From positions 15,443-79,442 of the forward strand of contig CACXIM010000001.1 in NCBI GenBank assembly GCA_902767725.1: a DNA stretch of 64,000 nt. Reading direction: 5' to 3'. The position numbers and the translations under genes are program-made. Source of the DNA: an uncultured Bacteroidia bacterium. Its GTDB lineage: Bacteria > Bacteroidota > Bacteroidia > Bacteroidales > F082. Of the stretch, positions 1 to 7,834 are shown piece by piece. The notes beneath the pieces were generated by a model that was given only the letters and a program-made list of their open reading frames with translations, had not been told where the DNA came from and made no database searches. How positions within the stretch are numbered: the first letter of the stretch is position 1; every line of letters begins with the position of its first letter.

Positions 1-70
1 AAAGATAATCAAATTATATCATAATTATTAATAATTAAATTACTGATAATCTATTAATTAAAAATTTTAT

Positions 71-100
71 CAAAAAAAATCAAATTCCTCAGGGGAATTT
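71..100 (-). terminator. Intrinsic terminator after the TPR/HTH regulator gene
   Basis: On the minus strand, hairpin AAATTCC-CCTGA-GGAATTT (100-82) is followed by GA plus T8 (79-72). It lies 27 nt past the stop codon at 127-129. Confidence 0.6.
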
Positions 101-126
101 TGATTAAACATTTTGATTATCCAACA

Positions 127-1803
127 TTATTTTGATTTCCAGTCTTTTAGATAACTATGCAAGACCAATTGTAAACTTGACTTGTTATTGAATATCTCAT
201 GCATTTTAAGCGACCGCGTCCATACTGCCTGGTATGTCTTACCTGTCAATGCAGCGGCCTGCACCTCAGTAATGCCCAAAATATAGAGGCAGCAATAGAC
301 AACATCAGATCGCTTCAGTCGGGGAAACATCTCAATGATGCGCACTGAAAACTTCGGAAACACGGCATCCACCGCATTGACTAACATGGTCTTATGGTTT
401 TCCGACAACACCAATTCAGGATATGAGGAGAAAGCCTTAACATTGGCCTCCCTAACTGTGAGTACCCTTTGGCAAATGGGCATCTCATTCAAAGTCTCCA
501 GCTTTTGGTCGAATGGCAGGGTATGAAAATCCGGATTAGAAATCACGTTGTCAAGTTTCAACTGCAGTTCTTTGATGGTCTCCTCCTTCTGCTCCGAGGC
601 ACTCTTCACGGTTGCAATCTCATCCTCAAGCGTTGCTTGTATCCGCTCTCGTGCTGCAATTTCCTCCTGGTGTCGACGCTTACGTCGCACAAAAACAAAA
701 CTTACACCAAATAGAAGGGCGACCCAAAACAAAATGGTGATGAGAATAAAAAGAAATGTATCCTTAATTTTTGAGTTAGCACAATCTTCCTTATAATTCT
801 GATACAGAGCGCCCATCTTTGCCCTATCGCTGCTCCGTGCAAACTGTTTCAGATAGGCGTCAGCGAGTAGTTCACCATAATATCCTGCCTTTATTGTATC
901 ACCTAAAGCATTAGACAACTGCACGATACGACTATACGACTTCAGCGTTTGACGCGGCAGCAAAGGATAACTCCGCTCATAATTGTACAAAGCTGAATCG
1001 TATTTCTGTTCTTCATAATAACAATAACCTAACGAAAACCTCACTTGCTTCTCTAACCAAGGGTTCTCCGATTCCTCCAAGGCATGATGCAACAAAGCCA
1101 AACATGCTGCTTTCTCGTTGGCATTGTACAGGTCCAAGGCACGATGAATGACACTACTATAATTCTGATAGATATTCTTCGTCTTCAGACCTCCATATAT
1201 GCTGTCCGCTTTCTTGTAATACTCAAATGAATTCACCTTATCACCTTGTGCCAACATCACATCGCCCATCAACTCAATATTGGCGGCAACGCCCTTGGCA
1301 TTATCTTCCACCTTGAAACACTCGCTCGATTTTTCCAAACACTCCAAAGACATTTGCCAAGCATCATGCGTGTATAGAAACCAAGCCAATCGGCCATATA
1401 GCAACGCAGTAAAATGCTCATATTCAGCATTGTTATCAGAAAAAGCAAACACTGTCCGATTCCCCTTCAAACCTTCTACAATCCATAATGCATTAAGATA
1501 ATCGGAAAAAGCCTGCAAATACTGTTTGCTGTCATATTCTTCTATAATTGCCTTAAAATAATAGGCACGAGCCTTTTTAAAACTCAAATACTTATCACAG
1601 CGAGAATAGTCGTGCCCTGGCATCATCGAATCGTAGTGTCTGAAAGCCTCCATAACCAAATCACTGTCGGGCAAGGTATCGCGAACGGAGTAAACATCGG
1701 TAAATTCAGGCCAACGAGTCAAAACAAAATCGTCTTCAACTTTTCTATTACATGCCAGAGTCAACACCAAAAACAAAATAGAGAAGAATATAGTTTTTTT
1801 CAT
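127..1803 (-). CDS. Lipoprotein-anchored TPR-repeat protein with one TM helix and a C-terminal LuxR/FixJ-like HTH (membrane one-component regulator)
   Basis: ATG at 1801-1803. Lipoprotein-type signal (LVLTLAC). About 330 aa of TPR-like helical repeats. TM helix FLFILITILFWVALLFGVSFVFV, then a coiled-coil segment. C-terminal HTH-like LYILGITEVQAAALTGKTYQAVWTRSLKM. Confidence 0.6.
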   Translation of the reverse strand: MKKTIFFSILFLVLTLACNRKVEDDFVLTRWPEFTDVYSVRDTLPDSDLVMEAFRHYDSMMPGHDYSRCDKYLSFKKARAYYFKAIIEEYDSKQYLQAFSDYLNALWIVEGLKGNRTVFAFSDNNAEYEHFTALLYGRLAWFLYTHDAWQMSLECLEKSSECFKVEDNAKGVAANIELMGDVMLAQGDKVNSFEYYKKADSIYGGLKTKNIYQNYSSVIHRALDLYNANEKAACLALLHHALEESENPWLEKQVRFSLGYCYYEEQKYDSALYNYERSYPLLPRQTLKSYSRIVQLSNALGDTIKAGYYGELLADAYLKQFARSSDRAKMGALYQNYKEDCANSKIKDTFLFILITILFWVALLFGVSFVFVRRKRRHQEEIAARERIQATLEDEIATVKSASEQKEETIKELQLKLDNVISNPDFHTLPFDQKLETLNEMPICQRVLTVREANVKAFSSYPELVLSENHKTMLVNAVDAVFPKFSVRIIEMFPRLKRSDVVYCCLYILGITEVQAAALTGKTYQAVWTRSLKMHEIFNNKSSLQLVLHSYLKDWKSK

Positions 1804-1827
1804 GGAGCAATGTTAATATTTCGTCGG

Positions 1828-1835
1828 CAAAATTA
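1828..1835 (-). promoter_or_regulatory. Candidate Bacteroidetes -7 promoter box (TAATTTTG)
   Basis: The minus-strand sequence TAATTTTG matches the TAnnTTTG -7 consensus of Bacteroides primary-sigma promoters. It is about 25 nt upstream of the ATG at 1803. Confidence 0.45.
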
Positions 1836-1865
1836 GAAAAAGAAGGTATTTTTTGAAAAATGTTT

Positions 1866-1908
1866 TAAAAAAAACGCGAGATAGTGGAACAATATTCCAC
1901 TATCTCGC
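1866..1908 (-). terminator. Intrinsic terminator of the nfeD-SPFH operon
   Basis: Perfect 14-bp inverted repeat GCGAGATAGTGGAA/TTCCACTATCTCGC (1876-1908, 5-nt loop). It is followed on the minus strand by T8 (1874-1867) and sits 27 nt after the stop at 1935. Confidence 0.75.
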
Positions 1909-1934
1909 AAACGGCTAATTTGACGCAAATAGGC

Positions 1935-2924
1935 TTATTTGCCTAATAATTCCTTTATTCCGCCAAGAGATCCCAACAAGTTGGAAGCTTCGTAAGGCAG
2001 ATAGACAGTCTTGTTTTCTTGTCCACCAGCCACTTCTTTCAACGTTTCGATGTATTTCACGGCAAGAAGGTAATTGACAGGATCAGCACCACGATCGGCA
2101 ACGGCTTCAGCGACATTGCGAATAGCCGTGGCTTCAGCCTCGGCTTGCAACACCTTGGCACGGGCCTCACCCTCAGCCTTGAGGATATTGGCCTGCTTGT
2201 CGGCTTCGGCCGCATTGATTTCGGCTTGTTTCTCACCCTCAGAGTTCAAGATTTGGGCCTGCTTCTCACCTTCTGCCTTAAGGATCTCGGCACGACGGTT
2301 ACGTTCAGCTTGCATCTGCAATTCCATGGTACGACGGATGCTCTCAGGTGGTGTTATATCCTGAAGTTCAACACGATTCACTTTAACGCCCCATTTATTG
2401 GTGGCATCGTCAAGCACATTGCGGAGCTTCGAGTTGATGGTGTCGCGCGAGGTCAAGGTCTCGTCAAGTTCCATCTCACCCACCACATTACGGAGCGTAG
2501 TCTGCGTCAGCTTCTCGATGGCAACAGGCAGATTCTGGATTTCGTAGGTAGACTTCATCGGATCCACGATCTGGAAATAGAGCAGGGCATTGATTTCGGT
2601 CATCACGTTATCCTTTGTGATAACACTCTGTTTGTCAAAATCATACACTTGTTCACGCATATCTATGCGATTGGCACGATAGAGACGGCCATTCTGCTGG
2701 CGAACAATGACCTCTTTGGCCTGCTCAATGATAGGCAGTACGATGTTGATGCCCGCATTCAAAGTGCGGTTGTACTTTCCGAGACGTTCCACAATCATAG
2801 TCTCCGACTGGGAAACAATCTTGATACCACGAAGGATGTAAATCACGACGAGTACACCCAATACAATCAAAACGACGTTTAATACTGTTAAATTCATGAT
2901 GTTATTATTGATGATTAATGGCAT
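1935..2924 (-). CDS. SPFH/band-7 (stomatin/prohibitin-like) membrane protein
   Basis: N-terminal TM helix, then an SPFH core (IVSQSETMIVERLGKY...DITPP) and an Ala/Glu/Lys-rich coiled-coil tail. ATG at 2924 overlaps the nfeD stop by 10 nt. An alternative ATG at 2897 (MNLTVLN...) is also possible. Confidence 0.9.
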   Translation of the reverse strand: MPLIINNNIMNLTVLNVVLIVLGVLVVIYILRGIKIVSQSETMIVERLGKYNRTLNAGINIVLPIIEQAKEVIVRQQNGRLYRANRIDMREQVYDFDKQSVITKDNVMTEINALLYFQIVDPMKSTYEIQNLPVAIEKLTQTTLRNVVGEMELDETLTSRDTINSKLRNVLDDATNKWGVKVNRVELQDITPPESIRRTMELQMQAERNRRAEILKAEGEKQAQILNSEGEKQAEINAAEADKQANILKAEGEARAKVLQAEAEATAIRNVAEAVADRGADPVNYLLAVKYIETLKEVAGGQENKTVYLPYEASNLLGSLGGIKELLGK

Positions 2925-3349
2925 TTTTTAACCGTCACTATGATGCTATCGAGCTTTATGATCTCGACATCGGCACCTTTCTCAATGACCGATCCGTCTT
3001 CAGAGACAGCCTTCCAGTCGTCACCATCAACGGCAACACGACCTGTATGCTGCGATGCATCAATGCATTCGGAGACAATTCCTTTTCGCCCAATGATAGC
3101 TTCGGCATTGGTTTTTACATCTTTCGACTTCCTATCCAAAAAACGCATCACAACTGGCCTCAAAAAAATGAATGCCAGCAGCGATACAACCACAAAAACA
3201 ACGACTTGCCAGGTCAAGCTACCGCCCAAACCAGAAACCAAAGCAGCCAAGGCGGCCCCAATTGCAAAGCATATAACGCCAAAACCAGCAGTCATTATTT
3301 CGAGAATCACCAAGACGATTGCGGCAATGAGCCAATAGTAGTATTCCAT
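2915..3349 (-). CDS. NfeD-family membrane protein (partner of SPFH proteins)
   Basis: ATG at 3347-3349. Three hydrophobic helices followed by a C-terminal OB-like soluble domain (GRVAVDGDDWKAVSEDG...). Shows the canonical nfeD-SPFH gene pairing. Confidence 0.8.
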   Translation of the reverse strand: MEYYYWLIAAIVLVILEIMTAGFGVICFAIGAALAALVSGLGGSLTWQVVVFVVVSLLAFIFLRPVVMRFLDRKSKDVKTNAEAIIGRKGIVSECIDASQHTGRVAVDGDDWKAVSEDGSVIEKGADVEIIKLDSIIVTVKKCH

Positions 3350-3369
3350 AACGAAATATTTTTATTCTG

Positions 3370-3377
3370 CAAATATA
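3370..3377 (-). promoter_or_regulatory. Candidate -7 promoter box (TATATTTG) for nfeD-SPFH
   Basis: Minus-strand TATATTTG equals TAnnTTTG and lies 20 nt upstream of the ATG at 3349. Confidence 0.45.
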
Positions 3378-3394
3378 CAACTTTTTCAGAAACA

Positions 3395-3424
3395 AAGAAA
3401 GGTTGCAATATTGCAACCTTTCTT
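3395..3424 (-). terminator. Terminator-like perfect palindrome after the glycogen synthase-phosphorylase gene
   Basis: 30-nt perfect palindrome AAGAAAGGTTGCAATATTGCAACCTTTCTT starts 8 nt after the stop (3432-3434). It is followed on the minus strand by the T-rich stretch TGTTTCTG. Confidence 0.5.
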
Positions 3425-3431
3425 GTCTTCA

Positions 3432-6400
3432 TCAGATCCATTTTACCAGTGGGAAGTCCTGACGATGCGGCAACATCTTGTTGGTGGGATACACACGGAA
3501 GGTGAAGTCGTACACACCAGCACGCTTGATCGGCACTTTAATGTAGTATTTCACCCAACCGTCGCCCGAATCAACGAGCTTCATTTCCTCGACCGTGGTG
3601 ATTTCTTCAACCAAGTCGTTGTTCTTCTTTCCGAACAACAACTCAATAGCGAGGTCGCCCGGTTCGAGGTCCGGCGTAAGCAAGGTAATCTCGGCAATGA
3701 ATTGTTCACCGAAAGTGAGCGGACGCACGTTAGTGTCGGGCAGGATGAGCGATTTCACCTCCACCTTATCCCAGTTGTTGCGCACGCGCGTCTTCCAAGC
3801 ATTGATTTCGAACGCCTTTTGATAACGATTGGCACGCATCCAATGGGTTCTATCGATCAGTTTGTTATAATACTTCTCGAAGTAGTCGTCCATCATGCGT
3901 TTCATGGTGAAGCGCGGCGAAATCTCGTTGAGGCACTTCTTCATGGCGGCCACCCATCCCGTGGGCACCTCATGCACATTGCGGGCATAGTAGAGCGGAA
4001 CGATTTCGTTTTCAAGTGTGTTGTAAATCGTCTCAGCATCCATTTCGTCCTGATAACGCTGATCCTGATAGGTGCGTTTCTCCTGGATAGCCCAGCCTGC
4101 ATCGGGACGATAGCCCTCAGCCCACCAACCGTCCAAGACGGAGAAGTTGAGCACGCCATTCATCACGGCCTTCTCGCCACTGGTACCAGAGGCTTCGAGC
4201 GGACGCGTCGGCGTGTTGAGCCACACATCCACACCGCTGGTCAGGCGACCACCGAGTTCCATATCGTAGTTGCTGATGAACAAAATCTTTCCGATGAATT
4301 CAGGTCGACGAGAGATCTCGATAATCATCTTGATTAGGTCTTGTCCTGCCTTGTCGTTGGGGTGAGCCTTACCGGCAAAGAGGAAGATGACAGGGCGCTT
4401 CGGGTCGTTGACCAACTGCGACAAGCGTTCCAAGTTGCCAAACAACAGATGGGCGCGCTTGTAGGTAGCGAAACGACGGGCGAAACCGACGATGAGTGCA
4501 TTCTCGTTCAGGTTGTTGACCGTCTGCATAATCAGCTTCGGACTTTCCTGACGCTGGCGCATGTCTTCCTTGATTTTCTCTCCCAAATAGGCAATCAATT
4601 CATGCTTCAATTGCTTGCGAATGCCCCAAATCTTCTCATCCGGCACCTCATTGATTTGGCTCCACATCTTCACATCCGACTGGGTGTCGATGTAATTGGA
4701 GCCGAAGGTCTCTTTATAGAGGCGCTGCCATAGGCGGTTGCTCCAAGTGGGCAGATGCACACCATTAGTGACATAGCCGATGTGGTTCTCCTCGGCAAAA
4801 TAGCCTGGCCACAGCGATTGGAACATCTCCCTCGACACGCGGCCGTGGATCTTACTCACACCGTTCACCTCTTGGCTAAGGTTGGTAGCCAACACACTCA
4901 TTGAGAACTTCTCGTTCGGGTTGCTGGGGTTGAAACGTCCCAATCCCATAAAGCGTTCCCAGCTGATATTCATACGGTTGGCATAGTGCGGCATATAGGT
5001 ACGGATGAGGTGTTCCTCAAAGGCATCGTGCCCCGCAGGTACGGGCGTGTGCGTAGTAAATAAGGTAGAAGCCCTGACCAACTCAAGCGCCACATCGAAA
5101 TCAAGGTTGTGCTTGTTGATATAGACACGCAGGCGTTCCAGTCCACTAAAGGCTGCATGACCTTCATTACAGTGGTAGATGGTAGGTTTCATACCCATGG
5201 CTTCGAGCAAACGAATGCCACCCACGCCGAGGAACATCTCCTGCTTGATGCGCATCTCGCTATCGCCGCCATAGAGTCGGCTTGTGATGCCACGGTCCTC
5301 GGCCGAATTTTCCTCGATGTCGGTATCCAGAAGGTACAATCCTACCCTACCCACGTTAACACGCCAAGCCTTGGCAAAGACTGAGCGGCCAGGGAAGGCG
5401 ATACTCACCGTGATCCATTCGCCCTTGTCGTTGAACACGGGTAGCAGGGGCAGCTGTGAGAACTTTTGCGGGATATACTCGGCACGTTGCTCGCCAGAGA
5501 CTGTAATCTCCTGCGCAAAGTAACCATAGCGGTACAGCAAGCCAATACCCACCATGTTGGCGTTCGAGTCAGAAGCCTGCTTCATGTAGTCGCCTGCCAA
5601 GATGCCGAGGCCGCCAGAGTAAATCTTGAGGCTCTTCATCAGTCCGTATTCCATACTGAAATAGGCGATGAGGTCTTTTTGCTGTGTGGGCTGCGACATG
5701 TACGCCTTAAACTGGTCATAGACCTGGTTAAGGCGTTCCACGAAATCCTTATTATTCTCCAACTCTTTGATTTGTTCGACAGAGAGTCCTTCCATCAGGG
5801 CGACAGGATTCTGTTCCGTAGCCTTCCACGCCAGCGGATCGATGCTTTCAAACAATTCGATGGCATCCACGTTCCAGCACCACCAGATGTTGCGCGAAAG
5901 CTCTTCCAGCTTCTTCATCTCAGGCGAATAGATAGGCTTTACCAAGACTTTCTTCCAGCTCGGCGAGTCATTCTTCTGATAAACCACCTCATGCATCATA
6001 TCGGCATAGGGCACCGGCTCCATCATATAATGACGTCCCCCCGCTTTCTCGAGGGCCACATCCCAAGCCTTCTGATAGCTGACGATGAGGTCTTTCCACA
6101 GCAGCTTGTTGGCCACCTGCAAAGCGGCTTCCGACACTTTAGCCATGCCTTTTTCAGTCATATTCAGGAAACGACGCAAGGCAGAGACGATTTCGTCAAT
6201 CACCTTGTCATTGACGCCCACCTGACGCGACACCACGGTCACGGCTTCGTTGCCCTCGAATTCCTGTTGCACGAACTTACCGAATCCAGACACATCGGAA
6301 GTCAAGGTCGGAATGCCTAAGGCAACGCTCTCAAGTGGCGTATAGCCCCACGGCTCGTAATAGGACGGGAACACCGAGAAATCGAAGGCGGCCAGGAACT

Positions 6401-7658
6401 CAGAATAAGTCATGTTGAAGATACCGTCGCTACCGTTGAGATAAGCGGGGACAAACATCACCTTCACCTTGTCGTTTGCATCGTTCTGCAATCCTGAATT
6501 GCGCAAGGTATTCAGAATCGCATCGTTCTCATATTCAAAGATATGGTGTGTTGCAGGGAAGTCGGTATGGCCCATGATGGCGTTGGTGCCATCGAGGCGG
6601 TGTTGCAGGTCTTTTGACGGACCAGCGATGTTGGCCGGCACGGCTATCACGCCAAGGACGGTACGTTTCAAGTTCTTATCCTCGTTTAGGCGGCGCAAGG
6701 CTTCGATGAAGAGGTCAATGCCCTTGTTCTTGAATTCGTAACGACCGCTGTTGAGCACCATCAGGCAGTTGGGATCAAGGGACTCGCCACAAAGAGTCTC
6801 CGCAATTTTCAGAATTTGCGCCCTAGTGTTCTTGCGTTTCTCCGCAAAGGCGGTCTCATCTTGCCTAAAGGTATGGTCGATACCATTCTTCGTCACCACA
6901 TCGGGTTTGCGATAGAGGAACTGCTCGCACTCCTGCGCCGTGATGTCGCTCACCGTTGTGAAGGAATCGGCGTTCTTGGCCGCTTTCTGCTCCATAGACT
7001 GCTGCGAGACCACATTGAACTGCATGGCCATCACCGAAGGCAGATAGGTCTTCAGATTGTCGTATAGTGGCAAGCCATTGCCAGAGATGGCACGGCCGAG
7101 GTAAGTGGCATGGGTGGTAAACACAGTGGCAATCTGAGGGCAATGCTCCTTCAGATAGAGCACGCCAGAGCCTGTCATCCACTCGTGGAACTGTGCCACG
7201 ATGTGGCTAGTCTGCTGCAAGTAGAAATTGCAGAAATTCTCAATCACCTGTCCAGCGGCATAGCCGAACAACACAGGCTCGATATAATCCCACTGGCCGC
7301 GGATGCTATCTAGTTCATATTGTTCCCAAAGATGTCCGAGGATCTCGTTCTTCGACTGATAGAGCGGCGTATAGTCCACCAAAATGGCAATGGGGCTGCT
7401 TTCGATTTTCCATCTTCCGATGCGGCATTTCAAGCCTTGGCTCAAAGCCCTTTCGCGCCACTCGGGAAAGAGGTCATTGTCTTCAACAAAATACAACGTC
7501 TCATGCGATTCTTTCACCACATCTGGGCCAACTGTGATATAGTGGTCGCCAAGCAGCTGACGCATCACATTCGACTTCGTGGAAAGCACCGTATAGATGC
7601 CACCCACCATATTACACACTTCCCAAGAGGTTTCAAAAAGGTATTCGGGGTTTTTCAT
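3432..7658 (-). CDS. Fusion protein: GT3 glycogen synthase (N-terminal) + GT35 alpha-glucan phosphorylase (C-terminal)
   Basis: 1408 uninterrupted codons from ATG 7656-7658 to TGA 3432-3434. The N-terminus FETSWEVCNMVGGIYTVL is a GT3 glycogen-synthase signature. From residue ~568 (nt ~5957 downward), WKKVLVKP...LSRNIWWCWN matches the N-terminal module of alpha-glucan phosphorylases. The GT35 core follows, with the PLP-lysine motif EASGTSGEK. Confidence 0.85.
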   Translation of the reverse strand: MKNPEYLFETSWEVCNMVGGIYTVLSTKSNVMRQLLGDHYITVGPDVVKESHETLYFVEDNDLFPEWRERALSQGLKCRIGRWKIESSPIAILVDYTPLYQSKNEILGHLWEQYELDSIRGQWDYIEPVLFGYAAGQVIENFCNFYLQQTSHIVAQFHEWMTGSGVLYLKEHCPQIATVFTTHATYLGRAISGNGLPLYDNLKTYLPSVMAMQFNVVSQQSMEQKAAKNADSFTTVSDITAQECEQFLYRKPDVVTKNGIDHTFRQDETAFAEKRKNTRAQILKIAETLCGESLDPNCLMVLNSGRYEFKNKGIDLFIEALRRLNEDKNLKRTVLGVIAVPANIAGPSKDLQHRLDGTNAIMGHTDFPATHHIFEYENDAILNTLRNSGLQNDANDKVKVMFVPAYLNGSDGIFNMTYSEFLAAFDFSVFPSYYEPWGYTPLESVALGIPTLTSDVSGFGKFVQQEFEGNEAVTVVSRQVGVNDKVIDEIVSALRRFLNMTEKGMAKVSEAALQVANKLLWKDLIVSYQKAWDVALEKAGGRHYMMEPVPYADMMHEVVYQKNDSPSWKKVLVKPIYSPEMKKLEELSRNIWWCWNVDAIELFESIDPLAWKATEQNPVALMEGLSVEQIKELENNKDFVERLNQVYDQFKAYMSQPTQQKDLIAYFSMEYGLMKSLKIYSGGLGILAGDYMKQASDSNANMVGIGLLYRYGYFAQEITVSGEQRAEYIPQKFSQLPLLPVFNDKGEWITVSIAFPGRSVFAKAWRVNVGRVGLYLLDTDIEENSAEDRGITSRLYGGDSEMRIKQEMFLGVGGIRLLEAMGMKPTIYHCNEGHAAFSGLERLRVYINKHNLDFDVALELVRASTLFTTHTPVPAGHDAFEEHLIRTYMPHYANRMNISWERFMGLGRFNPSNPNEKFSMSVLATNLSQEVNGVSKIHGRVSREMFQSLWPGYFAEENHIGYVTNGVHLPTWSNRLWQRLYKETFGSNYIDTQSDVKMWSQINEVPDEKIWGIRKQLKHELIAYLGEKIKEDMRQRQESPKLIMQTVNNLNENALIVGFARRFATYKRAHLLFGNLERLSQLVNDPKRPVIFLFAGKAHPNDKAGQDLIKMIIEISRRPEFIGKILFISNYDMELGGRLTSGVDVWLNTPTRPLEASGTSGEKAVMNGVLNFSVLDGWWAEGYRPDAGWAIQEKRTYQDQRYQDEMDAETIYNTLENEIVPLYYARNVHEVPTGWVAAMKKCLNEISPRFTMKRMMDDYFEKYYNKLIDRTHWMRANRYQKAFEINAWKTRVRNNWDKVEVKSLILPDTNVRPLTFGEQFIAEITLLTPDLEPGDLAIELLFGKKNNDLVEEITTVEEMKLVDSGDGWVKYYIKVPIKRAGVYDFTFRVYPTNKMLPHRQDFPLVKWI

Positions 7659-7667
7659 TTATTTAAG

Positions 7668-7693
7668 ATTCAAAAATTTAAAATTCAAAAATT
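7668..7693. repeat. Direct repeat ATTCAAAAATT x2 (15-bp period) just upstream of the fusion gene start
   Basis: Copies at 7668-7678 and 7683-7693, which is 10-35 nt upstream of the ATG at 7658 (minus strand). Confidence 0.7.
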
Positions 7694-7700
7694 CAACATC

Positions 7701-7833
7701 GAGATTCCCTTCGGGAATGGAAGTTTTATCGTGTCGTTATTTGCGGCGGCTTCACGCAGCATTAGATTCGTATAACCCTCAAGCCGCCGCAAAAAAACAA
7801 AGTAAAATACTCCATTCCCCTCAGGGGAATCTT
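7701..7833. repeat. Structured intergenic repeat, family B copy 1 (terminal hairpins + GCGGCGGC stem)
   Basis: GAGATTCCC-TTC-GGGAATGGAAG ... GCGGCGGCTT-(loop)-AAGCCGCCGC ... ACTCCATTCCCC-TCA-GGGGAATCT. The same architecture recurs at 51993-52144. It starts 2 nt from the GH57 stop codon. Confidence 0.8.
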
Positions 7834-7834
7834 T

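Noticed and set aside
1-70. The extremely AT-rich first 70 nt of the window (taattattaataattaaattactgataatc...) considered as a possible regulatory or att-like site.
   Set aside because: It is truncated by the window edge. It has no repeat partner inside the window and no adjacent gene to give context, so it cannot be interpreted.
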